Shown here: piece after piece, positions 1-9,248 of the stretch
How positions within the stretch are numbered: position 1 is the first letter of the stretch
Layout of the letters: every line of letters begins with the position of its first letter
NCBI GenBank assembly: GCA_021777565.1
Contig: JAJYDJ010000002.1
Span: 69,082 to 133,081, forward strand
Direction of reading: 5' to 3'
Length of the DNA stretch: 64,000 bases
DNA from: a bacterium
Lineage (GTDB): Bacteria > Patescibacteriota > Microgenomatia > Levybacterales > UBA12049
Notes under the pieces: model-generated
Databases searched by the model: none
Seen by the model: only the letters and a program-made list of their open reading frames with translations
Told to the model about the DNA's origin: nothing
Program-made: the position numbers and the translations under genes

Positions 1-1079
1 CAAATCCAGCTCTTAATCCAATTAATATAGAAGGTAATGCCCAAAATAATAGCAATGTTGTCTCTGGGAGTAATACTGATATCCCAACCATCCTTACTGG
101 ACAACCAAATCATATATTTAATTACTATATTACGAATGCATATATTGGTCCCCTTGAAAACTTGCTTGGATTAACTCCTCTCACAGATTCTCCGTCAATA
201 ATTGGCTATAACTTACTAAATGGCCTCCTTCCAGGTGTTGGCACGCTTTTTGGGACACTTCAAGCAATTTCCCATGGATTGAGTCCTATTGAAGGACTTT
301 TTTATATGATTTCTGCAGATATGGCAGCTCCAGGAGCTACTTTTATGGGTGATCTTGCATCTCGAATAGAAGTAGGAGGTACTAACTTGTGGGCACCAGT
401 ACTTGGGGTAGGGGCGAGTACAGCAGCCTATGCGATTCTTGTCCCTATAATTATGGGGCTTATTAGCCTAAACATAGCAACCATCTTTCAGGTTATTCTT
501 ATCGTTTCTGTATTTATAGGTGTAATTATGCTTCTCATCATGCTCATTAAGGCTTTCATGTCTATCATTTTTTCTACTGTCCTTGCGCCTCTTGCTATTG
601 TTCTTGGTATTTTCCCTGGATCTGGAGAAGGATTTGGACATTGGGCTAAAGGTCTTATTGCAGACTTTCTACTCTTTCCAGCAGTACTTGGATTATTTCA
701 TCTTGGTTATGACATTGCAAGTGTGATCAATACGGATACCACAGGCTTCTTTACTCCGCTCTTCATTCCTTCTAGCCTTCTTAAGGCTACAACCGACCAT
801 GGCTATGGCCAACTAAACTTTGCTCATAGTGGGACAATTAATGGGCTTTCTTTAATTGTAATTTACTTTACAATTTTTGCTGCAGCTTCATTGAGAGATG
901 TTCTTAGGAAGAGTCTCGGAGTTGCTGATAATCCACTAGTTACTGCAGCCATGGGAATAGCTTTGGGTGGGAGTAAACAGGTACAAAGTCGTTTAGGTCT
1001 AAAAATGAGTAAAATACCGGAGCTTAAAAACACAGCTCAGTTCAAAAGTGCAATGCTAGGAAAGATTGGCGGCCCCTAA
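1..1079 (+). CDS. Polytopic membrane protein, TrbL/VirB6-like (5' partial; frame open from window start)
   Basis: No stop in frame from nt 3 to the TTG at 162. Several hydrophobic helices and a VirB6-like segment 'IIFSTVLAPLAIVLGIFPG...FGHWAKGL'. Sits directly upstream of pilins, PrgI and VirB4. Confidence 0.6.
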   Translation, partial: NPALNPINIEGNAQNNSNVVSGSNTDIPTILTGQPNHIFNYYITNAYIGPLENLLGLTPLTDSPSIIGYNLLNGLLPGVGTLFGTLQAISHGLSPIEGLFYMISADMAAPGATFMGDLASRIEVGGTNLWAPVLGVGASTAAYAILVPIIMGLISLNIATIFQVILIVSVFIGVIMLLIMLIKAFMSIIFSTVLAPLAIVLGIFPGSGEGFGHWAKGLIADFLLFPAVLGLFHLGYDIASVINTDTTGFFTPLFIPSSLLKATTDHGYGQLNFAHSGTINGLSLIVIYFTIFAAASLRDVLRKSLGVADNPLVTAAMGIALGGSKQVQSRLGLKMSKIPELKNTAQFKSAMLGKIGGP

Positions 1080-1084
1080 CGATA

Positions 1085-2959
1085 ATGAAAAAATATATTT
1101 TTACATCGCTTTTATTTTTAGTATTGTCCTATCTTATATATCTCCCTGAGAACGCTTTTGCTCGCATAAATGCAATCTGTACTACAGATTTTGGGAAAGC
1201 TGATGACCATAGTCTTATGCTCGTAAATTCCTCTTTACCAACTCAAACCCAACCGACACCAACACCAGTTTGTTATTCTCCGCCGGTTTTGAATTACCCA
1301 ACATGCGCCCCAAGCCCAACCTCAATAGCAACTCAACCAACTATTACACCAGCTTCACCAACAACCATTGATCCCATTTTTTTCTCCTATGCAATTACGA
1401 ATCAACTTGATTTTGTTGACAGTCCCAAAAATAATTTATATATAACTAGTAACTATGTCGGACCACAATCACCGACAGGGACTCTCTCTGTACCAGTACC
1501 ATTTCAAAAATACAACGCAGATCTTGGGTTTTATTATAGTTTTATTCCAGGCACAATCCATTTCAGTGATGCCGGGGGAACAACAGGTGCTACAAATGGC
1601 GACTATCATGGGACAAGAACCGATGGGTCCCCATATAGTAGCCAGTGTGAATCGTCAGCTGACCCAGCAATTAACCAAATGTGTGTAAGTAGCACTGATA
1701 TTGACACTCCTGGAGTACACTATCAATCTCTCCCCGACAATCAAAATTCTGCTTGCTATAGCTATTGTGAATGTGGATATCAAATAGGAGATATCACTGT
1801 GACCACGCAAAATGTTGCAAGTGGGACACAGACATTAATTGATTATAGTAAATTACGATTTGCACCAACCGCAGGAGGAGAATTATCTGCCCCACAAATT
1901 AATGTCACCTATCAATCACAAAATTGTGATGTGGGATTTAAAAATTGTAAGCCCGATACCACAATTAGCCCTCAGGTAGTATCTATACCAGGAAAGGTTG
2001 GATACTTCTGTGGAATTGCACATAATACTTATTATGTACTGCAAAGTGCTATCCCACAAATATCATCATCTATTTCTAATACAACACAGTCCTTTGACTC
2101 CCTTTTCCCCGTGCCAGCGGGTAATCAAGTTGAAATAGGATCAACGAAAGAGTCATACTATGGCAGAGAGTTCGGACATGGAATTGACATCGAAAGTAAT
2201 CCTAGTGCAAGTGGTATAACCAATCTCCCCCAAGGGCTAACCAATTCGGATATCCCAACTGTGTGCATGAATCTTGACTATAAAAACAGTGGTCCAAATG
2301 CACAAAATGGAGGAGATCAAGGCATTATTAAATTTGTTCCTGTATTTGGAGCCAACGACTGCAAGCAAATTGGGGCATTAAATTCGTATAGCTGTTGGTT
2401 TGATGGATACGCTACGGTGAATACTTGCCCTCCGGGTACAAGTTATAATAGTAAGGCCAACTGGGGATGGCCATGTTCACAAAACAATAGTACTGATCCT
2501 AAATATCAAGCAGTAACTAGTCCAATACCAAATAGTTTACTTGTCAATCATACTGCTGCTGGTATTAAGTACAGTACCCCCCCTCTCATTTATCCCAGTG
2601 ATGCTATACCAAATATCAATTTATTGACCAATACCTCATTTACTAATATCGAAACAAAAGCTCAATCGTGTGATGCTACGGGCTGTGATACAGCAATAGG
2701 CAGAATCCCTACCGATCCAAAACTTTTTACTGGAAGTATCATGCAATATATTCTGGGATTTAGTGGTATAACTGCACTTATTCTTATTATTCTTGGCGGA
2801 TATGAGTTAATAACATCTCAAGGAGATGAAACAAAAGTGAAAGCAGCTCGAGAGAGAATAACATCTGCTATTATTGGACTTCTCTTTATAATTTTTTCAG
2901 CAACATTCTTACAAATTCTTGGCATAGACATCTTGAACTTGCCTGGATTAGGGAAATAA
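1085..2959 (+). CDS. Large secreted Cys-rich protein with C-terminal VirB2/TrbC-like (CPR T4SS-type) pilin domain
   Basis: Signal peptide (MKKYIFTSLLF...AFA), P/T-rich stretch, many Cys. C-terminal TM hairpin 'GGYELITSQGDETKVKAARERITSAIIGL'. Confidence 0.75.
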   Translation: MKKYIFTSLLFLVLSYLIYLPENAFARINAICTTDFGKADDHSLMLVNSSLPTQTQPTPTPVCYSPPVLNYPTCAPSPTSIATQPTITPASPTTIDPIFFSYAITNQLDFVDSPKNNLYITSNYVGPQSPTGTLSVPVPFQKYNADLGFYYSFIPGTIHFSDAGGTTGATNGDYHGTRTDGSPYSSQCESSADPAINQMCVSSTDIDTPGVHYQSLPDNQNSACYSYCECGYQIGDITVTTQNVASGTQTLIDYSKLRFAPTAGGELSAPQINVTYQSQNCDVGFKNCKPDTTISPQVVSIPGKVGYFCGIAHNTYYVLQSAIPQISSSISNTTQSFDSLFPVPAGNQVEIGSTKESYYGREFGHGIDIESNPSASGITNLPQGLTNSDIPTVCMNLDYKNSGPNAQNGGDQGIIKFVPVFGANDCKQIGALNSYSCWFDGYATVNTCPPGTSYNSKANWGWPCSQNNSTDPKYQAVTSPIPNSLLVNHTAAGIKYSTPPLIYPSDAIPNINLLTNTSFTNIETKAQSCDATGCDTAIGRIPTDPKLFTGSIMQYILGFSGITALILIILGGYELITSQGDETKVKAARERITSAIIGLLFIIFSATFLQILGIDILNLPGLGK

Positions 2960-2960
2960 T

Positions 2961-3290
2961 ATGAACAATATTGCCTTATCAATTAACGGTGTTCAATATA
3001 ACCTCCCTGGACCAATTGAAAATCTCAACAATGCAGCAGGAAGCCTTGGTGTAAATATTATAAATACTACTATTAACCTTCTTTTCATAATTGCAGTTAT
3101 TATTGCCTTGTTTTATTTAGTTTCTGGGGGAGTTAAGTGGATAATCTCTGGGGGTGATCAAAAAAAAATAGAAGGAGCACGTAATACCATTACATATTCT
3201 GTAATTGGACTTGTACTTGTCTTCATTTCATTTATTATTATGAATTTCCTGTCTAATTTCTTTGGTATTCCTCTTCTTGGGAATTCATAG
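2961..3290 (+). CDS. VirB2/TrbC-like pilin
   Basis: Two TM helices flanking 'GGVKWIISGGDQKKIEGARNTITYSVIGL'. Confidence 0.8.
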   Translation: MNNIALSINGVQYNLPGPIENLNNAAGSLGVNIINTTINLLFIIAVIIALFYLVSGGVKWIISGGDQKKIEGARNTITYSVIGLVLVFISFIIMNFLSNFFGIPLLGNS

Positions 3291-3489
3291 ATCTGCCAAT
3301 GTGCTCAGTATAGGACAAACGGATTAAGTAAAAAATAAATTCTGAAAGAGATGGAAATGCATCTTCTCTGGAGACCATGACATGATATAAACTTTTTCAC
3401 CAGATCAGACAACAAAACAAAGATTGGGTTCATAGAATATACTCATTTTCACAATTAACTACGGCTGATACTACCAACCAGCTTGCCTA

Positions 3490-3518
3490 TTGACAAAATG
3501 TAAAAACTTACCTAGGCT
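3490..3518 (+). promoter_or_regulatory. sigma70-type promoter of the 3529 pilin
   Basis: TTGACA (3490-3495), 17 nt spacer, TAGGCT (3513-3518); ATG at 3529. Confidence 0.65.
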
Positions 3519-3528
3519 TAATATAGTT

Positions 3529-3933
3529 ATGAAAAAAATAATCGTCTTTGCGAGTAGTCTCGGAGCAGTACTGTCTTTGGCAACCCCAGCATTTGCTACA
3601 GGTGGACTTGGAAGCATTTGCCCTCAAGGTGCATTTGGTAACCTTTGTGGTAATTCACAAAATGCCTTTGGTAGTACTATTAGTTCATTTTTGACTCTTA
3701 TTTTTGTTGTTTCCGCTATCATTGCATTGGTCTTCTTGGTTTTGGGTGGTATCCGTTGGATTACCTCACAAGGAGATGCAAAAAATGTCGGTTCAGCAAG
3801 AGATCAAATTATCAATTCTTTAATTGGTTTAGGAGTTGTATTTATCTCATACATTTTGATTAACGTTATTCTCTACTTCTTTACTGGCGGAAGTCTTAGT
3901 CAAGTCAATATACCAACATTTAACGCTCAATAA
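3529..3933 (+). CDS. VirB2/TrbC-like pilin with signal peptide (candidate major pilin)
   Basis: Start reassigned to ATG 3529 (MKKIIVF...PAFA). Cys pair and motif 'GGIRWITSQGDAKNVGSARDQIINSLIGL'. Has its own promoter. Confidence 0.8.
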   Translation: MKKIIVFASSLGAVLSLATPAFATGGLGSICPQGAFGNLCGNSQNAFGSTISSFLTLIFVVSAIIALVFLVLGGIRWITSQGDAKNVGSARDQIINSLIGLGVVFISYILINVILYFFTGGSLSQVNIPTFNAQ

Positions 3934-3939
3934 TCCTCT

Positions 3940-4281
3940 ATGTTTAACTGGGGAACATGCATGCAAGACCCAATCACAGGTGCTACTAATCTGGGTTACT
4001 TGACGTTTAACTGCCTTCCAAATTTTTTTCAAGGGGTCATCCAGACAGCACTCTCATTCGTAGGGATCACTTGTGCTATTTTTATTATTATTGCGGGATT
4101 TAAACTCGTATCCTCACAAGGTGATGCAAAAAAAATTGCAGAAGGGAGAAACACTCTCACATTCGCACTTATTGGACTTGTAGTGGTTATCCTTTCCTTC
4201 ACTATTATTCACTTCTTCTCATACGTTACTGGTTTAGGATGTTTGATGAATCTTAACTTTGGAACTGGTTGTACACAATAG
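3940..4281 (+). CDS. VirB2/TrbC-like pilin
   Basis: Motif 'AGFKLVSSQGDAKKIAEGRNTLTFALIGL'; Cys residues at both ends. Confidence 0.8.
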   Translation: MFNWGTCMQDPITGATNLGYLTFNCLPNFFQGVIQTALSFVGITCAIFIIIAGFKLVSSQGDAKKIAEGRNTLTFALIGLVVVILSFTIIHFFSYVTGLGCLMNLNFGTGCTQ

Positions 4282-4323
4282 GTCTTCTTGCACCAGTTAA
4301 CTCGTCCATAGTAGAGTATATAT

Positions 4324-5688
4324 ATGGACCAAGATATGCGCCATCCCATCCCTCAGGACATTACTGGATTTAAATTTAGATTAGTTGGAGATATTACGCT
4401 GAAACAATTTACTTATCTCGCCATCGGCGGAGGTGCAGCGTGGTTTATCTATTCCCTCCCAGTCTGGGGCGTAGTGAAATATCCAATAGTCGGCATATTT
4501 ACTATTGGAGCTCTCATTCTTACCTTCCTGCCGATCCAAGGCCGTCCTGCAGACGCCATGATTATGTTGTTTTTTAAAACTGTTTTTCGCAATAATCAAT
4601 ATACTAAGCGTCCTAAGAGACCAGCACCTGCTATGACACCAAATCAACCTACCAGTACACCACCAACGCCGGCACCTGCTGCTGCCGAAGCTCAAACACC
4701 ACCCGATATGCTGGCTATACCAGTAATTGATGAATCAGCACTGCACAATGAAGCTGCGTCACAACCGACCTTTCCTGAGCAACCTACCACACCATCTAAG
4801 ACAACCCCTCAGATCGCACCTGAATCACCTATTACGACAGAGCAAACACCTGAAACTCCATCAACAAAGATAGCCATACCTTCACAGCCAGCCATGCCAG
4901 AGACACCTGTTACAACAAGCATGACAGAGCAACCATCAACAGAAGCGCCAACAGCTCCAACCCAACCTGAGACAACGGCCGAAGAGATGACTCAGCCGTC
5001 AGAGATACCTCAATCAGCACCAACAGGTACTCCTACCCCATCGTTTGAAGTGACAGAGATTCATGCACGGCCTCATGATGATAAAGAAGATCTTCTCAAG
5101 CGTATTCAGGAGCTTGAGGCACAACTAAAGGCTCAAGCACAAGAACAACAACCTACTGTGCAAGAGGCAGCGATGCAAGAAACTACTACACAAACAGCTC
5201 CTGAAACGACAGTGCAAGCACTTGATCAACTTCAAACACAGCCTGTTCAGGCACTTGTTGATGCTACGCGAGTAGAGACATCGGAACCTATGAACCCCAC
5301 ACCCGTGGCTGAGCCTGTTACGACACAACCGACGGTTCTAACACCAACACCAACGACGCCTGCGTTGCAATCTAGTGATGTACCAAATATGGTGATTGGC
5401 CAGATTATTGACCCACGTGGATTGCCACTTGCAAATATCTTAGTTGAGATCGTTGATACACAGAAAAACCCGGTGAGAGCTTTTAAGTCAGCACAGAATG
5501 GTCAATTTGCCACAGCGACCCCACTGACAGCAGGCTCTTATCTGCTGATGTGTGAAGATCCCGAAGGAAAGCAGAAATTTCAACCAATGCCTCTTTTGGT
5601 TAATGATACTATCCTCTCCCCTCTCACTATTCAGTCTACCGATGAGCGCGAAGAATTACGAAAAGCACTCTTTACACCCAGTGTATGA
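4324..5688 (+). CDS. PrgI/VirB3-like protein with long P/T/E/Q linker and C-terminal carboxypeptidase-regulatory-like beta domain
   Basis: N-terminus 'HPIPQDITGFKFRLVGDITLKQF' plus 2 TM and 'PIQGRP' is PrgI-like. C-terminus 'GQIIDPRGLPLANILVEIVD...SAQNGQF'. Confidence 0.75.
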   Translation: MDQDMRHPIPQDITGFKFRLVGDITLKQFTYLAIGGGAAWFIYSLPVWGVVKYPIVGIFTIGALILTFLPIQGRPADAMIMLFFKTVFRNNQYTKRPKRPAPAMTPNQPTSTPPTPAPAAAEAQTPPDMLAIPVIDESALHNEAASQPTFPEQPTTPSKTTPQIAPESPITTEQTPETPSTKIAIPSQPAMPETPVTTSMTEQPSTEAPTAPTQPETTAEEMTQPSEIPQSAPTGTPTPSFEVTEIHARPHDDKEDLLKRIQELEAQLKAQAQEQQPTVQEAAMQETTTQTAPETTVQALDQLQTQPVQALVDATRVETSEPMNPTPVAEPVTTQPTVLTPTPTTPALQSSDVPNMVIGQIIDPRGLPLANILVEIVDTQKNPVRAFKSAQNGQFATATPLTAGSYLLMCEDPEGKQKFQPMPLLVNDTILSPLTIQSTDEREELRKALFTPSV

Positions 5689-6245
5689 GCCAAATTGTTT
5701 CAACACAAGATTTTACAGAGATAGCGGACATCCAAGGTGATATTGTTGTTATGACCAATGGTGGTGCCTGTATTATTGTGGAAATTTTCTCCACCAACTT
5801 CGCCCTTCTCTCTCAAGATGAACAGATGAGTAAAATCGTTGGCTTTAGTTCTTTTCTTAACTCCATCACGTTCCCGTTACAAATTCTGGTCATCAATAAG
5901 CGTGTTGATATTAGTAACTACATCGCAGTGCTAAAAAGCGAAGAAACACACGCACAAAACCCCGAGGCCAATGCGTACATCAGTGCCTATACCAACTTTG
6001 TACAAAATTTAGTGAAAGATAATATCGTCCTAGATAAACGTTTTTTTGCAGTGATTTCTTATTCTCCGCTTGAATCGGGTGTTATTGGACTTGTCGATCC
6101 AAAAGATATTGTTGAAAAAGCAAAGGCAAGTCTGCAATCCAAAGCACAGTCGGTGCAGAGCCTTCTTACTCGAATGAATTTTCAGTCAAAAATCCTAGCT
6201 GATGATGCATTGAAAGGAGTGTATCTATCACTTTACATACAATAA
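5685..6245 (+). CDS. T4SS-associated protein resembling the N-terminal domain of Gram-positive VirB4/TraE
   Basis: 'STNFALLSQDEQ...FSSFLNSITFPLQILV' and 'KRFFAVISY'. Overlaps prgI (ATGA) and is separated from virB4 by 1 nt. Confidence 0.55.
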   Translation: MSQIVSTQDFTEIADIQGDIVVMTNGGACIIVEIFSTNFALLSQDEQMSKIVGFSSFLNSITFPLQILVINKRVDISNYIAVLKSEETHAQNPEANAYISAYTNFVQNLVKDNIVLDKRFFAVISYSPLESGVIGLVDPKDIVEKAKASLQSKAQSVQSLLTRMNFQSKILADDALKGVYLSLYIQ

Positions 6246-6246
6246 T

Positions 6247-8028
6247 ATGGCAAGCATAGCACCAAAGAAATATACCAAAGAGGAAGTAGTAATCAAAAGA
6301 GTCAATGCTGAGTTGCAAGATAGCATTGCGCCACAGACTATTGAGACAGATTTCTCATACGTAAAAGTAAACGATAAATTCTATCGAACTTTTTTCGTAA
6401 ACGGTTACCCTCGTTATGTCTCAACAAACTGGCTCCAGCCTTTGATTGATTTTAACCACGAGTTAAATATTAGTTTTTTCATTTATCCCTCAGAGTCAGC
6501 TGAAGTGCTTGATAACATCCAGAGAAAGATTGCAGAACTGGAAGCGACACTCTCTTCCAACGCTGATACAGGGAAACCGGTTGATCCTAAAATTACTGCG
6601 ACACTAGAAGACGCGCTTAATATTCAAGAAGAGCTTGCAAAAGGAATAGAAAAATTCTTTCATCTTGGTTTGTATATGACTCTCGTTGGATCAACGCTTG
6701 CTGAGCTCAATACAACTTCAAAACAGTTAACCACAACCCTTGGCTCACTCCTTCTGGCGACACAGCCTGCAACACTACAGATGGAAGATGGCTTTAAAAC
6801 AACTCTTCCTTATGGACTAGATCGCGTACAACAAACAAGAAATATGGATACGACATCTCTGTCGTCCATGTTCCCTTTCTCAAGTGCCACTCTGACGCAA
6901 AATAAGGGGGTTCTATACGGTATTAATGAACAGAACGCCTCACTAGTCGTCTTTGATAGATTCTCCATGGAAAACGCCAATGAAATCGTTTTCGGGAAGT
7001 CTGGTTCTGGGAAGTCTTACCTTATTAAATTAGAAATTTTAAGAACCTTCATGTTTGGGACAGAAGTGATTGTCATCGATCCTGAAAATGAATATGAGCT
7101 GGTGGCCAAGGCGCTGGGAGGAGAATATGTTGCATTCTCTGCTGAGTCTGCTGTGCGCATTAATCCATTTGATCTTTCTGGGATGCATGATGATAGTACC
7201 AATGAACTTGGAGAAAAAATATTATCACTCCACGCTTTACTAAAGATAGCTATGGGAGAGATCTCACCAGTTATGGATGCCATTTTAGATCGTGCTCTTA
7301 TCCAGACCTACGAACAAAAAGGCATTACGCAGGACCCAACAACTCAAAGTAAAACACCACCTATCATGCAGGATTTGTATGACACACTCAATACAATGAA
7401 AGAGACAGAAGCAAAAGAGCTCGCACTGAGACTAGAGAGATTCATTCGTGGGAGTCTTGCTGGATTTTTCAATCAACAATCTAATTTCAATATCACCAAT
7501 CCTCTTACGGTCTTTTCAATTCGTGATGTAGAAGATGAACTCAGACCACTCGTTATGCATATAATCCTTGACTTTATTTGGACTAAAGTTCGAAAAACCC
7601 TCAAAAAGCGTCTTTTGATCGTTGATGAAGCCTGGCTTCTGATGCGCTACGAAGATAGTGCATCTTTTATCTTTGGTATTGCAAAACGAGGACGTAAATA
7701 CTATCTCGGCTTGACTACGGCTACCCAAGATGTGGCTGACTTTTTGAGTACGCAATATGGGAAAGCTATTCTTTCCAACGCTTCTATTCAGATTCTTCTC
7801 AAACAGAGTACAACTGAAATTGATGAAGTTGCCAATATTTTTTATCTTTCACAAAACGAGAGACAATTACTCATGTCAGCTGAGGTTGGAGAAGGACTTT
7901 TCTTTGCTGGGCAGAATCATGTCGCAATACGTGTCGTTGCAGCAAGCTTTGAACATCAAATTATTACCTCAAAACCAGAAGACGTATTGAAAGCAAAAGC
8001 GCTGCTTACTACACCCGAACAGGCATAA
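6247..8028 (+). CDS. virB4: VirB4-family type IV secretion ATPase
   Basis: Walker A GKSGSGKS, 'VIDPENEY', 'INPFD', Walker B 'LLIVDEAW', 'RGRKY...TQD'. Confidence 0.9.
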   Translation: MASIAPKKYTKEEVVIKRVNAELQDSIAPQTIETDFSYVKVNDKFYRTFFVNGYPRYVSTNWLQPLIDFNHELNISFFIYPSESAEVLDNIQRKIAELEATLSSNADTGKPVDPKITATLEDALNIQEELAKGIEKFFHLGLYMTLVGSTLAELNTTSKQLTTTLGSLLLATQPATLQMEDGFKTTLPYGLDRVQQTRNMDTTSLSSMFPFSSATLTQNKGVLYGINEQNASLVVFDRFSMENANEIVFGKSGSGKSYLIKLEILRTFMFGTEVIVIDPENEYELVAKALGGEYVAFSAESAVRINPFDLSGMHDDSTNELGEKILSLHALLKIAMGEISPVMDAILDRALIQTYEQKGITQDPTTQSKTPPIMQDLYDTLNTMKETEAKELALRLERFIRGSLAGFFNQQSNFNITNPLTVFSIRDVEDELRPLVMHIILDFIWTKVRKTLKKRLLIVDEAWLLMRYEDSASFIFGIAKRGRKYYLGLTTATQDVADFLSTQYGKAILSNASIQILLKQSTTEIDEVANIFYLSQNERQLLMSAEVGEGLFFAGQNHVAIRVVAASFEHQIITSKPEDVLKAKALLTTPEQA

Positions 8029-9109
8029 TAAGATGAAGGAATGATTCATCGTTGGTATTTTTCAACACGGCAGGACTTAACGGTGCGGTCATCTCAAATA
8101 CAACCTCGTCAGTCGAAATTGCATTTACCCCATCTAGTAAAAATCGTGGATTAAACGCTATCGCATTCTCCTCACCCTTGAGTGTCCCTTCAATAGTCAC
8201 CGTACTCTCCCCTACTGATGCTGTCTGGGCAAACATGCGCATCTGGTCTTTATGTAACTCACAGACCAAAACACTGGTGCTGTCCCGTGCAACCACAGAA
8301 CAAATCTTAACAGCTCGAAGCAAATCATCTTTTTTCACGATTATTTTGCTCGAGGCTTCATGGGGAATAATTTTACTATAGCTTGGGAACTCTCCCTCGA
8401 TTTTTCTTCCCGCGATACGTACTCCGTCCTGAACAGCCACAATTTGATTTACCTGGTCTGATAAATAGAATTGAATTGGCATATCTTCTCGCAGTGCCCC
8501 AAGTTCTTTTAAGAATCGCGATGAGAACACAATCCCTTTCTGCTCTTCTCCAGCCTCTTCACGTGGGATACTTACTAAAGAAAGTCTAAATCCATCAGTT
8601 GCGACAAAACGGATTTCATTTTCTTTCCTTTCACACAAAACCCCTGACCAGATCGGCTTAGTTACCTCACTACTGGTAGCAAACAACGTATATTTTGTGA
8701 TTTTCTCCATGTCTTTTGGTTGAAGGGTCAAAAATGCTACTTTAGTTTCCTCAAAAATATCAGGGAATTCATCGGCGGGCTGAACTTGTAATTTACTACT
8801 AATGCTCTCCCCTACTATCTGAATTGTGTTTTGTGCAGATGTTTTAAGGGTAATCTTTCCTTCAGGTACTTGTGATAATAGTTCGAGAAATGTTTTTGCT
8901 GGAACCGCTACTTCCCCTTCTTCATCTACTACACACTGAAACGTTGTTTCTATACTGAGTTCCAAATCTGTTGCAGTAAGAGTAACACTGTCTCCTTTGG
9001 CACGTACAAGAATTGACGACAATATAGGAAGTTGAGTGCGTGTCGAGATACTATGTGCAGTAAGCGCTAAATGTTTTTGTAAAATTCCAGATAAAACAGT
9101 GAACACCAT
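8009..9109 (-). CDS. dnaN: DNA polymerase III beta sliding clamp
   Basis: 'ATDLE', 'VATDGFRLS', 'IAFNPRFLLD', C-terminal 'LIMPVR'. Downstream of dnaA. Confidence 0.97.
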   Translation of the reverse strand: MVFTVLSGILQKHLALTAHSISTRTQLPILSSILVRAKGDSVTLTATDLELSIETTFQCVVDEEGEVAVPAKTFLELLSQVPEGKITLKTSAQNTIQIVGESISSKLQVQPADEFPDIFEETKVAFLTLQPKDMEKITKYTLFATSSEVTKPIWSGVLCERKENEIRFVATDGFRLSLVSIPREEAGEEQKGIVFSSRFLKELGALREDMPIQFYLSDQVNQIVAVQDGVRIAGRKIEGEFPSYSKIIPHEASSKIIVKKDDLLRAVKICSVVARDSTSVLVCELHKDQMRMFAQTASVGESTVTIEGTLKGEENAIAFNPRFLLDGVNAISTDEVVFEMTAPLSPAVLKNTNDESFLHLIMPVRV

Positions 9110-9248
9110 AGATTTATTCTAGTAGTTGTAGTAGTGTACCGGGAAAAGTGGAAAAACGCAAGGGATCGAGGCTAAAATAATGTGGATAACCGTGTGTACA
9201 ACTTTGGGGATGAAATGGGGACAACCCACCTCCTTCTAGTTATCCCCT
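9110..9248. promoter_or_regulatory. oriC: Chromosomal replication origin oriC
   Basis: dnaA-dnaN intergenic region. DnaA boxes TGTGGATAA (9181), TGTGTACAA (9193), TGGGGATGA (9205), TGGGGACAA (9216), AGTGGAAAA (9147). DnaA-trio array TAGTAGTTGTAGTAG (9120-9134) next to an AT-rich patch. Confidence 0.88.

Noticed and set aside
3291-3489. Intergenic gap as a small gene or ncRNA
   Set aside because: Only short ORFs (e.g. ~42 aa on minus) with no motif, and no convincing stem-loops.
4600-5380. ACACC/CAACC-rich tract as a repeat array or CRISPR
   Set aside because: Low-complexity Pro/Thr codons inside prgI; no fixed repeat-spacer period.
1-8028. Integrated conjugative element or prophage
   Set aside because: No integrase, relaxase, att repeat or phage genes, and virB4 overlaps dnaN. 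The upstream flank is unseen, so this is not fully excluded.
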